Shown piece after piece: positions 50,646 to 63,803 of a stretch of 64,000 bases of DNA (position 1 is the first letter of the stretch; every line of letters starts with the position of its first letter). This stretch comes from Catajapyx aquilonaris (Eukaryota): positions 186,001 to 250,000 of the forward strand of contig KZ538176.1 in the NCBI GenBank assembly GCA_000934665.2. Direction: 5' to 3'. The translations under genes were made by a program, and so were the position numbers. Under the pieces are notes generated by a model. The model was not told where the DNA came from. It did no database searches and was given only the letters and a program-made list of their open reading frames with translations.

Positions 50646-53600
50646 TTACTCATTATTAGTTCGATCTTCTGCAGCATCTTTGTATTCCATATCCAGATTC
50701 TTCAGAGCCATGAAAGCAGCCTCCATTTTTCTTCTTTCATCATCTGATGAGCATTGACTCCACATGATATCCAGTTGCTGTCTTTGATATCGCTGCAAGT
50801 ATAGGAACAATGGTGCAGTGCTCATCGACCCAATTATACTTTATTATCTCTACCTGTAGGAACTTGGAGCACTGCAGGAGGGTGGCACCAGTGTACAGGC
50901 TCCGAACAGTCACACTGGTGCCACCCACAGCAGTGATGAAGGGAAGGCTTGAGGCTACAAGCCTATGTGGGCCATGGCGTATCCGAATGAATGCTACTCT
51001 GGTGTGCTCATTGCAATATTTTGCTGAAACAACAAACAGTACAATACACAGGCATAAGAACAAATGCTACTGAAGTGCAATTATTGACAAGAAACAGCAT
51101 CTCTTTGAAAAGCATTCTTAAAGCCCTTATACAATCACATTTACTTAAAACCTTTGTGGTAATAAACAGCTGAGTAACTGATGTACACGAGGATACCGAA
51201 GCAAGTTGGTGTGGTGGTTAAGGAGCCCCACTGGTAATCGGGAGGTCCTGGGTCTGAATCCCGGTGCCGGCAACCCTGACCGAGGTTTTCTGTGCTTTCC
51301 CACGGTCCCCCCAGGATAATTCCGGGGTTGTTTCCATACAATAGGCCACAGCCACCTCCTTCCTTCCCTACCCTTGGCCCCATCCAATGGTGGTACTCCA
51401 CCCCCCTAATGGAGTACCAATTCTCCCAACGAGGTATAAATGGTTTTTTTTAAAAAAACCAGTACATGAGGAATGTTAAATTAATACCGTAATATAATAA
51501 TTGGATACAGTGCATACCTCAAAGAGACCTTACAAGGACCTTTATTATTTATACCATAAGTATATTACTGGAACCTTTTTGCAACATGCCTGGGGTGTGC
51601 AGGAGTGCAAGGGTGCAGGGGTGTGCACATGCAATGTCACTGCTTGGCCATTTTGTGAGTTCATCAGGGTGGTTAGTCTCAGTCCATCTCAGTAGAGCCA
51701 GAGCCAGAGATGACCCAACTCCACATGAGATGAAGGGGGAAGCCTGGGCATGGGATTGAACCCAGGATCCTTCCATCCGTGGGCATGTATATTACCACAG
51801 GGCCACTTCGCCTTCCTGATATCTTTACAATTTTAGTATTGGTGCAGCACACATACTTGGTTAATGTAGTGACATAAATCTAGATCAATCAATTCAATTT
51901 TTGTCCAATTCAACTGTGTAATTAACTTTCTTCTGTATTGAGTGAGATATACTGTGCAAGGCCTAAAGTATGAGGAACATAATTGCACTTCTGTAATGCC
52001 AAACTCAGGTTGTTGAATATAGCAGTTGCATAAGAGGACACCTGGATCGGAGCACAAAAAGGGTACGGTACACAAAAATGACAGTTTCAAGCTAAATTTC
52101 CGATAACTAACGCAACTCGCACATTTGAAACACCCTGTATAGAGTGAAATTCAAGAAACTGGTCAACATTGGTCAAATATGAAACAGACCATCACAAATC
52201 CACCAATTCAGGGGGGGAGGGCATGTGTCATATTTTCAACATCAACTCCGACTCACTGTAGCAGTAGCCCATGCTTGTTGTGATCTCTCAGCAAAAGTAG
52301 TTAAATTCATATTGAAATCTCAATTTTGAGCATTGAGGGTCATCATTTTACTGTTCAGAGCACATGCGGTCCCACTGATGGCTATAAATTGCAGAACATG
52401 AAGCCAGCCAATGGGGAAGACACCAAGAAATGGTCATTGCTTTTGAGGTGGCTTCACCAGTTATAGACTATAAGTCTATTGCACTTGTAATGTACACTTT
52501 CTGAAGAGAAACTCCCTTTGTGAGCATAGAAACAAAGATCCAAAGGGTATGAAAACATGCTACACATTTTTCAGGTCATTTTTTCTGTTCTTTTCAGACC
52601 AGAAAACACTCCCCAAGGCTGTGAAACCAGGCCTCAAATATGTTGTCCATTGAACCAAATGAATCAGATAATATATTTGAGGACACCAAAAAGTAACTGC
52701 TTAAAATAAGCAGCTAAGTGTCAAAAATTGCAAACAACTAAGGTCATTTCAATGGGAACTCCCTGTTTAGTTTCAAAACAATAAAATAAGATGTTCACAT
52801 TGGTAAGGGACTTTGCCTGTAAAATGAAGTGAATACATGTAGTACAGTGTTGCACATTAATCGAGGCATTCTGCTAATGACATTTTCCGAAGCCGCAGAA
52901 GAAGGAATCTTGCTCGCCTGATTCCTTCTTCTGCCACTTCGGAAAATGTCATTAGCAGCATGCCTCGATTAATGTACAACACTGTAACCGGTACGTAGAA
53001 TTAAAAAGCCAGACAAAACCCGCGAATTTTCTTTTTTTTTCCAGCAGTCAATTCCATCTTGTTCACAACACTAGTCAGGACCATGGTCTGCCTTCTTAAA
53101 TATGCCTTAAATAATTTAAAACATAATGTACAGTATTTCATTTCATAGCATAGATATTTAAAACTCGCTTGCCAACAGTCACAGTATAATCATGTGTCAT
53201 ACCTGTAAAACCACTTCGTATTGCTGCTACACCAAAATCTCCATGTAACTGTTGCACTTTGTTCATGACTGCATTATGCAACGCAACAGCTTTCAAAGGG
53301 AATGTTAAGCCTCGAATTGTCTTTTGGTCAGTTGGATTTATCTCCACAACAATGTACCTGAAAACAGATAAAGCCAAAATAAAGTATTAGTGTCCAACAT
53401 TGTTAAAATTGTAATTAAATGTGATGCAGGTAATGGCCAGACAAATTAGTTACACCACTGAACCTCAATTGCACATCACACTGCTTCTCACTTGCTATTT
53501 GTAGTTATTCCTCCTGCCCCCCCTTTTTTTATATTGGTTGGTTTGTTACTCCATAATTTTTACATCACCAAAAATTAATATTGGAAAGGCAACACATTCC

Positions 53601-54257
53601 TTTTCGTTACGATAATTGGTAGCATGTTGGGGGAGCCATGGCAAATTGTCTCCAAACTGGGACCGAGACAGCCATAAGTCTCCATGTCAAGGGGTTACTC
53701 ACTTACATTTTTTGCGTACACGGACTACCGGACTACCCAGGTAGCCCAGGCTGGGCTACCCGGACTACCCCGGACTACCCACGAAGGTGTACACAGTCTA
53801 AGTGAATAACTCCATGTGCAGAGCCCTTCAGAAGCAAGAGTTAAGCTGGGTATCCACGTAAAAGTTTCTTGCGCCAGAGTCCTCTTGCACGAAAAAATTT
53901 GTCCATCGAGACGGACTCTATGTCACCTCAGGGCCCCTCTGGCATCTGGCCCATCAGAAAGAGGATTAAAGTTGAAATTTTTCAACTTTTACTATTTCCT
54001 CTGATACGGGCATGAGCAGTTGGCTTCTCTGACACAGGCGTGGATACCCATCTTTACGAGGAATCAACGTATATGAATACATAGCGTCATTGTTATGCAC
54101 AACTGTTTGACTTGTGTTTAGTCCTCTGCATCAGAAGGACACAGCCTCCTTATCATACCGGGCAAGTAGTCCACAGTTCAACAAGGAGATTATTGGACTG
54201 GGCCAGTTGGGTGATCCCTGGCGGTGTGACTTGTTACCTGTTCTTGAATCGAACCAT
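50646..54257 (-). CDS. POP5: Ribonuclease P/MRP protein subunit POP5 (163 aa)
   Basis: Exons 54257-54238, 53357-53203, 51023-50854 and 50792-50646 in frame. The translation MVRFKNRYIVVEI...HGDFGVAAIRSGFTAKYCNEHTRVAFIRIRHGPHRLVASSLPFIT...LYTGATLLQCSKFL carries the hallmark Pop5 motifs. Confidence 0.93.
51195..51390 (+). mobile_element. tRNA-derived SINE in POP5 intron 2
   Basis: A-box-like TGGTGTGGTGG and B-box-like GGTCTGAATCCC. The body CCTGACCGAGGTTTTCTGTGCTTTCCC...CCAGG...ATAGGCCACAGCCACCTCCTTCC resembles widespread arthropod tRNA-SINE bodies (recognition only). Confidence 0.75.
51700..51812 (-). mobile_element. Second tRNA-derived SINE fragment (different family)
   Basis: Minus strand GGCGAAGTGGCCCTGTGGT (A-box-like) ... 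GGGTTCAATCCC (B-box) at tRNA-like spacing; no complete cloverleaf. Confidence 0.55.
52845..52984. mobile_element. Tc1/mariner-type MITE (140 bp, ~65-bp TIRs, TA TSD)
   Basis: TA|CAGTGTTGCACATTAATCGAGGCA...TGCCTCGATTAATGTACAACACTG|TA; near-perfect inverted arms with about 4 mismatches around a ~10-nt spacer. Confidence 0.88.
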
Positions 54258-54659
54258 GCTTGGCCCAGTGCACTGGATGCACTATACTCTCTCTACAGGT
54301 AGAGGGGCAGATGAGAAGAGGAATCCGGCGGTGTCGGGACCAGGCAGTTTGTGCTCCACACGGTCAGCGGTCAGTCAGTTAGGCCTAGGGATGTCTTGGC
54401 GCCAGCTACACCATCGCCCACCACTCGCCATCGCCCATTGGCACGGCGATACCATCACCAGCACCGCTCACTACGCGCAGCATTGCAGGAAGGAAGAGAA
54501 GAGACGACGCTCGGCCGACGTCCTCGACGCTTCAGGTCGAAGGACCGCCACAGGTGACTGGTTGGTATCGCACACACTTCGGAGGTGCACCATAACAATA
54601 GCTGGCTCACAGGCTCATTCCCACACAGGTGAGGGAGTGCCAGACGAGAGAAGACAATC

Positions 54660-57600
54660 ATGGATCTGAGCCAGTGGGTAGAGGACCAGCTGCACACTGT
54701 CCTGGGCCTGAGCAACCCAGTGGTGGCAGAGTTCCTGGTCAGCCTGGCAGAGAGGAGCAGCACCCCGGAGGACCTGGTCCAGCGCATCAGGGACACTGGG
54801 ACCATACAGGTGGACGCCAAGGCCGTCTCCTTCGCCAGGCAGCTCTACAACAGGGTGCCCAGGCAGGCCAGGCCGCAGGAGAGGCCAGCCAGGGCCAAGG
54901 AGAGGGAGGCCTTGCAGGCGCAGGCCAAGAACAGGAGCTACAAGCTGGTATCCGACCACGAGGAGGATGAAGAAGAGGAGGTTAACATGGCAGCACCACC
55001 CGCCAAGAAGAAGAAGAAGAAGAGGGAGAATAAGGTGGAGGAAGTGAGCGGAGGGTCCTCCTCCGAAGATGAGTTTGACAAGATGGAGTCGGAGAGGATG
55101 AAAGACCTCAAGGAGAGAGACGAGTTTGCAGATCGCCTTAGGAAAAAGGACCAGGACAAGCAGAAGAAGGTCATGTCAAAATCAGGTTTGTTGTTGTTGG
55201 TAGTAGTAGTAGTAGTAGTGGCAGTATGACATAGCAGTAGTAGTGTGGTTTGTGCCTGCCATGATGAGAACTCTCATAATTTTTTGTTACTTACTTTTAG
55301 AGAAGAAAGCATATGAGGAGGCAGCAAAGCGGCTGAAGCTTGAGGCGGAGGACCGAGAGAAGATGCTCCCCCATCTACGTGTAGAGTCACGTCGGAAATA
55401 CTTGGCCAAACGCAAAGAGGACAAGCTGCTGGAGTTGGAGGGTGATATTGCAGATGAAGAGTTCTTGTTCAGTGGTGAGTCTGTGACTGATAGGGAGAAG
55501 CGTGATCTGGACTACAAGCGAAAGGTGCTCAAGTTGGCTCGGGAACATGAACAGGCAAGGGAGCTGGAGAAAGTGAGGAGGTACCGCATGCCAGACGAGA
55601 AGGGTGGAGGACAGGTGGATGACCTGGAGGATGAATGGGAAGGGGCAGGAGCTGGAGGGAAGGAAGGGGCCGGGAGGGGACCAGAGTCAGAGCAGCGCAA
55701 GTGGGAGGAGGAGCAAATGCACTCGGCCAGGCTCAGGTTTGGGGCCAGGGATGCAGCCCAACGGAAGGGGCAGGAGTATGAGCTCCTACTGGATGAGGAG
55801 ATTGAGTTTGTGCAGGCACTTAGGATGCCCGGACATGATGAGCCAGGATTGAAGAGCAAGGAGGAAAGCAGGAGTCACTTAACTGAGATTGAGGAGACCA
55901 AGCTGAGTCTTCCCATTTTCCCATTCAAGAAAGATTTGGTCAAAGCTGTCATGGATCACCAGGTCAGTGTTATGTTTTCAACTTGAGCATCAGTGCATTT
56001 TCACATTGATTCTGAAAAATGTCTGTCAATTTTGAAATACTTGAGGCATGACTGAAGTGTAAGGGTAAATAGACTTAGTTAGTGTATGAAACCATCTCTT
56101 GATATATGCGTCTTCTTTCAGGTGCTGGTAATCGAGGGCGAGACAGGCTCTGGCAAGACGACTCAGATCCCACAGTACTTGCATGAGGCAGGGTTTACAA
56201 AGGATGGAAAGATGATAGGCTGCACCCAGCCAAGGCGTGTGGCAGCCATGAGCGTAGCAGCCCGTGTAGCACAGGAGATGGAAGTCAAGCTTGGGAATGA
56301 TGTTGGATACAGCATCCGTTTTGAGGATTGCACCTCAGAGCGAACACTGATCAAGTACATGACAGATGGAATGTTGGTACGTGAGTTCCTTTCAGAGGCT
56401 GACCTGCAGAGTTACAGTGTGCTTATGATTGATGAAGCCCATGAGCGGACACTGCACACAGACATTCTCTTTGGACTGCTGAAGGACATTGCTCGGTTCA
56501 GGCCAGATTTGAAGCTGCTGGTGTCATCCGCAACATTGGATGCCCAGAAGTTCTCTGACTTTTTTGACGAGGCACCAGTATTTCGCATACCTGGCAGGCG
56601 CTTTCCAGTCGACATCTATTACACAAAAGCACCTGAAGCCGACTATGTTGAGGCGAGTGCGACAACTGCCTTGCAGATACATGTGACACAGCCACCTGGA
56701 GATGTTTTGGTGTTTTTGTCTGGTCAGGTATGTAATGTTTTTTGTCGAAGGTAAATGTAGTAAAACATCAATTTTTGAAAATTATTTTGTCATCAGAGTT
56801 CTGCCTGGGATGTTTATTACATTGCAGTAATTATTTGCCAAGCAGATTAATTTGTACAAAGATCAATACATAATGTCATTTGCAGCAGGGGAAATCCTTG
56901 GTCATATAAGAATGACATGCTTAGTCTTAGTTTCTGAAGATACACAACTTGTTATTATCATTTTATACATGGCCAACATAGCATCTTATTGCAGCTGAAG
57001 AGGAAAATTCAATATGAATTGCGTGGGTTTCTCAATTTGCAACCCCTTGCATATGATAGACGTAATGTAATTACGTAATATATCTAGTAAATGATTTTTT
57101 GCTGAGGGCTGGGTTGCACTACTCAAGGTAGACGATCTAACTCTGATTTAATATATGTTCGTAGTTTATTAATTGTTGTTGGCATTAAATTTTCGTGAGA
57201 TTTTCTACCTTGACTGGTGCACCCTGGCCTTAGCATTCCCATATTTTAGTGTACTCGAACCGTTTTTCATGTGCAATAGAATATGGCAGGGAATGAGGTG
57301 TTTTGATTTAGAAGATATCAGTTCTCACCATGACCTCTGTTTATTTCAGGAAGAAATTGAGGCTTGCCAGGAGCTACTGACAGAACGTACACGTCGATTG
57401 GGTTCCAAAGCACCTGAGCTACTCATATTGCCAATCTATGCAAATCTTCCGTCTGACCAACAGGCCAAGATATTTGCTCCAGCACCTCCAGGAGCAAGGA
57501 AAGTGGTCCTGGCAACCAACATAGCAGAGACATCACTCACAATTGATGGTGTGGTGTATGTGGTGGATCCTGGGTTCTGCAAGCAAAATTCATATGATGC

Positions 57601-58654
57601 CCGCACTGGAATGGAGTCATTGGTGGTTACCCCTGTTTCCAGAGCATCAGCCAGTCAAAGGGCAGGGCGTGCTGGGAGAGTGTCTGCTGGGAAGTGCTTT
57701 CGACTCTACACTGCGTGGGCTTACAAGCATGAGTTGGAGGATGACACAGTACCAGAAATACAGCGTGTCAATCTCGGAAATGCTGTGCTTTTACTCAAGT
57801 CACTTGGAATTAATGACTTGGTCCACTTTGACTTTCTGGATCCACCTCCACATGAGACCTTAGTCTTAGCTTTAGAGCAACTTTATGCTCTGGGTGCACT
57901 GAATCACCGAGGTGAACTAACCAAGCTTGGGCGTCGCATGGCTGAATTTCCATTAGACCCACCTATGGCCAAGATGATACTTGCATCAGAGACTTTGAAG
58001 TGCACAGAAGAGGTCCTCAGCATAGCAGCAATGCTCAGTGTAGATGCAGCAGTTTTCTACAGGCCTAAAGAAAAGGCATTGCATGCAGATGCTGCTAGAA
58101 AGGGCTTCTTCCATGCAGATGGTGACCATCTAACCCTTCTCAATGTGTACACTCAGTGGGCAGAGTCTTCTTATTCAGCACAGTGGTGCTTCGAGCACTT
58201 TGTTCAACACAGGGCCATGAAGCGTGCTCGTGATGTGCGGGAACAGCTTGAAGGATTGGCCCAACGCGTCGAAATGGAGATGACCTCATGCGATGGAGAC
58301 ACCATTCGCCTTAGGAAGGCCATTGCAGCAGGTTACTTCTACCATGCAGCTCGCTTGGGGAAAGGTGGCACCTATCGCACCATGAAGCACAACCAACCAG
58401 TGCATGTGCATCCAGCTAGTTGCTTATTTGAGCAACTGCCTCGATGTGTTCTCTATCATGAGCTTGTGTTCACCTCGAAAGAGTATATGAGGCAGGTATT
58501 GACAATTGAAGCAGCATGGCTGTTGGAGTTGGCTCCCCATTATTACAAGCCAAAGGAACTGGATGCAGCCACTTCCGGAGGGAAGAAGATGCCTAGGAAA
58601 CAAGGGAAGGCAAGGGAGCAACTACAGGGAAGTGGGATTCAGTCTGCTGCATGA
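54660..58654 (+). CDS. DHX16: Pre-mRNA splicing DEAH-box RNA helicase DHX16 (Prp2 orthologue), ~1,032 aa
   Basis: Exons 54660-55185, 55301-55962, 56122-56727 and 57350-58654 in frame. Motifs [32 protein letters not shown] and [11 protein letters not shown]16-type N-terminus ([31 protein letters not shown]) and [22 protein letters not shown]. An in-frame TGA lies upstream of the ATG. Confidence 0.95.
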
Positions 58655-59647
58655 AAATGTGTTCCCAGCAACAAAAAAACAAAAATAAAAAAAATCTTTT
58701 TTGTACAGTTCAAGATACATGGGCCATGTAACTGTAGTGGTACAGTACTGATGGAAAAACTAATAAATGGCCTTGTCAGTGTTGTGTAAATTTTAAAGTA
58801 CTAGAAACTAGAAATACAATGTTCTGTAAAAGGAATGTCTTGATAATGAAAATTTCTTGGAAATGACATAATTTTTATCACTCCCAAAGGCCCTGCATAA
58901 CTTATGCACTGAATCTGGGTTTCTTACAGGTGTTGTTTTCTTTGAGATTGAGAAAGGGCTAACGAGATTTGGATAGCACACAATTGATAGTAAGGTTGGC
59001 TTGCCACTTTTTAGGAAATCAAGCTAAATCTGCCTTAAAATAAATCCCTCTCTGCCACATTAAGCAAGTATGCTACAAGATACTGGAATGTTATTGGCAT
59101 TGGTCAGCTTTCTTCATCCTATGTTGATAATTCAAGAATTGTCCATGCAGATATTGCAAATGCTTACGTGTGTTGGTAGTGACTGAAACAGTTAAATTAC
59201 TCGGTGAGTGGGATCAATTCTCATTCTTAATTTATTTTCAAGAACCTCTCATTCAGAGGAGTTGATTCTTGAAATGTAGTGAATCGTGAAAGAAGGTTTC
59301 TGACAAAAATTTTACTGCCAGTGCATGAGTAGACGTGTTCACTGTAATGCTGCCAATTTAGTGCCTCTTGCTATGAATTTTTCCACAATTATTTAAGTAA
59401 ATTATTTACAATTGTCCTTGCAAGCAGTACTTATTTGATAGTGACCTCACTCAAGTTCCACAAAAAAAAACTCCGCACAGCCATATAAATACCTTGAAAA
59501 ATCATCCTCTGAGTCAAAACATCTCTGTAATGGATAAGTTTCAGCTACATCCAGGATCTAGGATAGACAGATTTCACTAACCATATTTGTGATATACAGT
59601 GTAATGTAATGTAGCACAGGTACAACAAATGAAACCAAAATTACAAT

Positions 59648-60756
59648 TCAAGCATCTTCCTGTTCAGTGGTTGCAGGTGAGGCAGGGGCAGAAAACCTTG
59701 CGAACATGCGCCTGGCCATCTGATGGGCCGTGGCAGCATCGGGCCGGCTGTCTGGATCAGCTGTTATGCAAGCCGCTATCAGTTCCCTTAACTCTCTTGA
59801 ATACAGGTCAGAGGGCAGAGGAGGATAGTCACACTGCTCAATCTTCTTGCACAGAGAGTATAGGTTGGTCTTGTCGCCATAAAATGGTGATTGCAATGCT
59901 GCCATCTGTGACGTAACAAATTATGTTTACATGGATGGTAAAACATGTAAGATAGGGTGCTAGCTTACCTCATACAGGAGGCATCCCAAGGACCAAATAT
60001 CACTTTTAAAGTTATACCCATGCTCATGTATGCGTTCAGGGCTCATGTAATAAGGGGTGCCAACTAGGGAGTGAGCCACTGTTGTCTTGGAGCTGAAGAA
60101 GCGACCCAGGCCCAAGTCACCCAATTTCAGGACACCCTCTGCCGTCACAAATACATTTGCCGGCTTGATATCTAAGGTACGGTTGGCAAGTTAGCTGGAA
60201 TATTTTGTTTGGCTGAAATTTACAATCACCTCTGTGCATAACCCTCTTAGAATGCATATGGTCCAAAGCACTGCACAACTGCACTGCATATTTCCATATT
60301 GTCCTCTCCGGAACCAATCGACGTCTACGCCTAAAATGATGTATCATGCAGGACAGGTCACCTGCATCTGCCAATTCTAGGACAATATTCAGCTCATTTT
60401 CTTCAATAAAGGAGGCCAGATATTTGATAACATTAGGATGATCCAGTTGCTGGAATTAGGTAATCAAATTAATTACAGCTGTCACTCAGCATGTGGAGGA
60501 TGCCGGAGCAGGAAATATCACTGCCTACCTGCAGCAGATGAATCTCCTTCATGCAATCAAGCCTGGCTTTAGCATCCGACATCTCAAAGATGTGCACCTT
60601 CTTGACAGCCACGGTGAGTCCATCCCGCAGCCTTTTGGCCCTGAACACCACACTGAATTGCCCCTTGCCAATCTGTCGTTCAATGCTGTAGGCAGCCAAA
60701 GAGCAGTCCTCATCCTGCTGGCCCCTCTCAGTCTCTTCTTCTTCTTCCATGCTCAT
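59648..60756 (-). CDS. NEK7: NIMA-related Ser/Thr kinase NEK6/NEK7 (302 aa)
   Basis: Exons 60756-60529, 60449-60230, 60171-59969 and 59905-59648 in frame. Motifs [27 protein letters not shown] (the DLG typical of NEK6/7), [13 protein letters not shown] and [11 protein letters not shown]. This is probably a single co-orthologue of vertebrate NEK6 and NEK7. Confidence 0.93.
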
Positions 60757-61885
60757 TGTTCTGGTAGGCCAAATAGCCAGGTGCTATATTCCACCTGCAG
60801 TAGGTCAATAAGCTGTCCTTTGTGTGGGCACAACTGTCAGGTGGTTTCCATGCCAGATTGATTTTTCCAGAAGTCGATCGAAGACAGAGGCGAACTGCTG
60901 GCCCATTTTATTTTTTTGTCCCAATGTGGCTGCCTGGTTACAGGTGTACAGGTGCCAGAGGTCATAAGGTGAGAGGCAATTAAGGTAAATTATGCGGCAC
61001 TAGTACTGAAAAGATTGCGAAACATCGCACGTACCGGCACCATTTTTCAATAAACACTTTTTTTTTTTGCTAATAAAACAGTGACGGATTTATGGTACAT
61101 ATGGTACAATATGGCAGTGGTCAAACACCCCGCCACTTTTATCGCGACTTTACAGTGTTTCTTGGTACGATGTAAAAATATCCTGATAATAAACTGCATG
61201 GCATGTTCGGATGAATTTCATACCGTATACAGTACTATAGGTTTGCGCAATGCGGATTGCAAATATTTAGTTTTCCGCAGAAAGTTTGAAACTATCCATT
61301 TCTGCACTTTCAATACAAACAAATACCAAGGTCGTCATCAAAAAATGCTGCTCAATGCAATTGCTTCCATATCTTCGTCAATACCGGTACGTCAAAAATA
61401 TGTATCTCCCCAGTTAATGAACCCTACATGCGTAATTCTCTTGATAAGACCTCATTTGCATATCTACACCCTGAACATTTTCAAGTCAAAGAACTCCTTC
61501 GCTATTTTCATAGGGAGCATGCACAAAAAATATTTCGTAGGCTATATACACCCAGATTTATTTTAGTTAAAAGTACGATGTCTGGATACAAGGGCCACTT
61601 GTAATGATGCACTGTCCGGTGCCAACTTTCTTCAGCAGCCAGAGATAAGGGGGTATGTCGAGATGGATAATCAAGACCATTCGTAGCACGAGGACCTTGA
61701 GGCCGCATTTTATCTACATTCATGAATACATCGTTGGCTGTCCACACACTGAGTAGGGCTGCTTTCACTCGGGCGGGGAGATAAGTCAGATATACGGGGG
61801 TTTCATAGATAAACCTGTGTTTTCAGTGCACTCCAGTACCGGCGGATCTAAGAAACACGTGCCTGAGTGATATTAGCTGCAGACA

Positions 61886-63803
61886 ATGGCAGATCCGACA
61901 ATGCAGACGTTTTGTTGCCTCCAGTCCAACAATGAGACTCAGGAAGGGAGATACATAATGCACAATTTTGATCCCTTCTCGTACAATGTGGTGAGCATTG
62001 TGTCCTCGATTTTGGGAATATCCGGAGCCATATATCAGGTTTGTGACAACACAATGTATAGTTAGCCAGTGTTACTATGGCCTGTATTTTTCTAGGTACT
62101 CCCCAGGCAGAAACCGATGTTATCAAGCCGTCAAAGGACTTCTTACATCATAACTAGAGGAAGGCAGCTGATTGTTTGGCTGGCTGTGGCTGACTTATTT
62201 GCTTCTGTGATGGTACTGGTGAGGGCTATTTCATGGATGCAACACAGTGGGTTTATGTCTGAAGAGAATTCATATGGACGAATCAACTGCGCAGTGCTGT
62301 CCGTGAGTTTTAATTTGCATATCTTCAACATGTGACATATTGACAATATTATTGATGTTACAGGGATTGATTCAGTATTTTTACACTGCCACCTGGATGT
62401 GGACCTTGTGTTACGCAATAGATGTCCAGTTGATTCTGGCGGATAAGTCGGGGCAGCCCTTGGTGTATCACACTATATCCTGGGGACTTCCTGCTCTTTT
62501 ATGCCTCTCAGGGCTTGGGGTGCTCTACTTGCCGGATTTCAAGTGAGTCGGATTCTTGTACAACCCAATGTACCAGTGGGTTGTTGACAAGGAACTTTTG
62601 ATATGGTTTATCTAACCTCTGTGGGGAAAAAAAGGTCGCTTGACCCACATTTAAATCCCTGCATTTGTATATCACAGGTTCAGTTCTAGATTGGTCTGTC
62701 TATTTCCAGCTGCAGTCATCTGGGAAAAGATGCTGTTGCCAGACTTCTGCCAAACTATGTCCTCACGTTTGCACCAATCATGATGGTTATGTTGGTCAAC
62801 CCCATTCTGTACAGTTCAACATCCAGAAAGGTGACGACCAGTTTTTACATGAGAATATTGCAGTATGTGAGTAATGTGACCCATTCATCTAAAGTAGTGC
62901 ATATCCCTGATATTTTTTGTTGTTAACCTCAATCTGTAAACTGCAATGCAAAGATAGCCTACAAGGACCTTCCGTGAAGCATATCGTACCAATCCTCCTG
63001 GTGGAGGGTTGTTGATAAAGAGTTTGTTGATGAACTGAAATAGTTCCTGAAATTTGCTTGGCATCGCATGACCCAGATAAAGGTTGTATTACTCGGATTC
63101 CTCATGGCTTGCTTGGTAGTTGGTATCATTTCCCCAATAAGCCAATGCCAGAGTATCATGAAGGACTATATACCAAATTCTGGTATTTTCTACTTGTCAG
63201 GCACTTTTCAATGTTCACGCAGTAAATTTTAAAGCATGAAGAAGGGTCACATTACACGAATCGGTTCCTGATTATTTCACTTCTATGCATTTTGTTACAT
63301 GAATACAGTCAACATAACTTCCACAGGTAGAAAACCACCTCATGCATCGAGTATCCCGGTACACCCACCAAGAGCATGAGTTGGTGTGGGCCTTGCAGCT
63401 CAAGTTCCTCTGCATCAACATCACCTACTATGTCTGCTGGCTACCCAACATCATCAGTGGCATAGTTCTTTGGACCATGTGGAACACTGGGATCCCAGAC
63501 ACTTTTGTTCTGGCCTTGTGGTACTTGATGGCTGTATTCAACCCTCTCCAGGCCCTCCTGAACTGCCTTGTGTACCAGCAGTGGGGACAAGGAGCCCCTA
63601 AAGTGGCCCTTCCTTGGCCGTGCCCCACTTTGTTCAGTTGCTGCTGCAGGAGGAGTGTAGAAGTCCTCAATGTTTCAGGAGTCCACAATGAACCTTCCGC
63701 TGATGACAGTGTTAATGAGAACTCACCCTTGCTGCAGAGTGGACAGATGAATTTTTGTCAGGGACGGCACAGTATTAATGGAATCCAGAGGTACTCATCT
63801 TGA
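61886..63803 (+). CDS. GPR143: G protein-coupled receptor 143 (ocular albinism 1, OA1) homologue, ~378 aa
   Basis: Exons 61886-62038, 62096-62302, 62364-62542, 62710-62830 and 63327-63803 in frame. N-terminus MADPTMQTFCC (compare OA1 MASPRLGTFCC), WLAVADL, IQYFYTATWMWTLCYAID, YVCWLPN and WYLMAVFNPLQALLN; seven hydrophobic segments. Confidence 0.9.
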
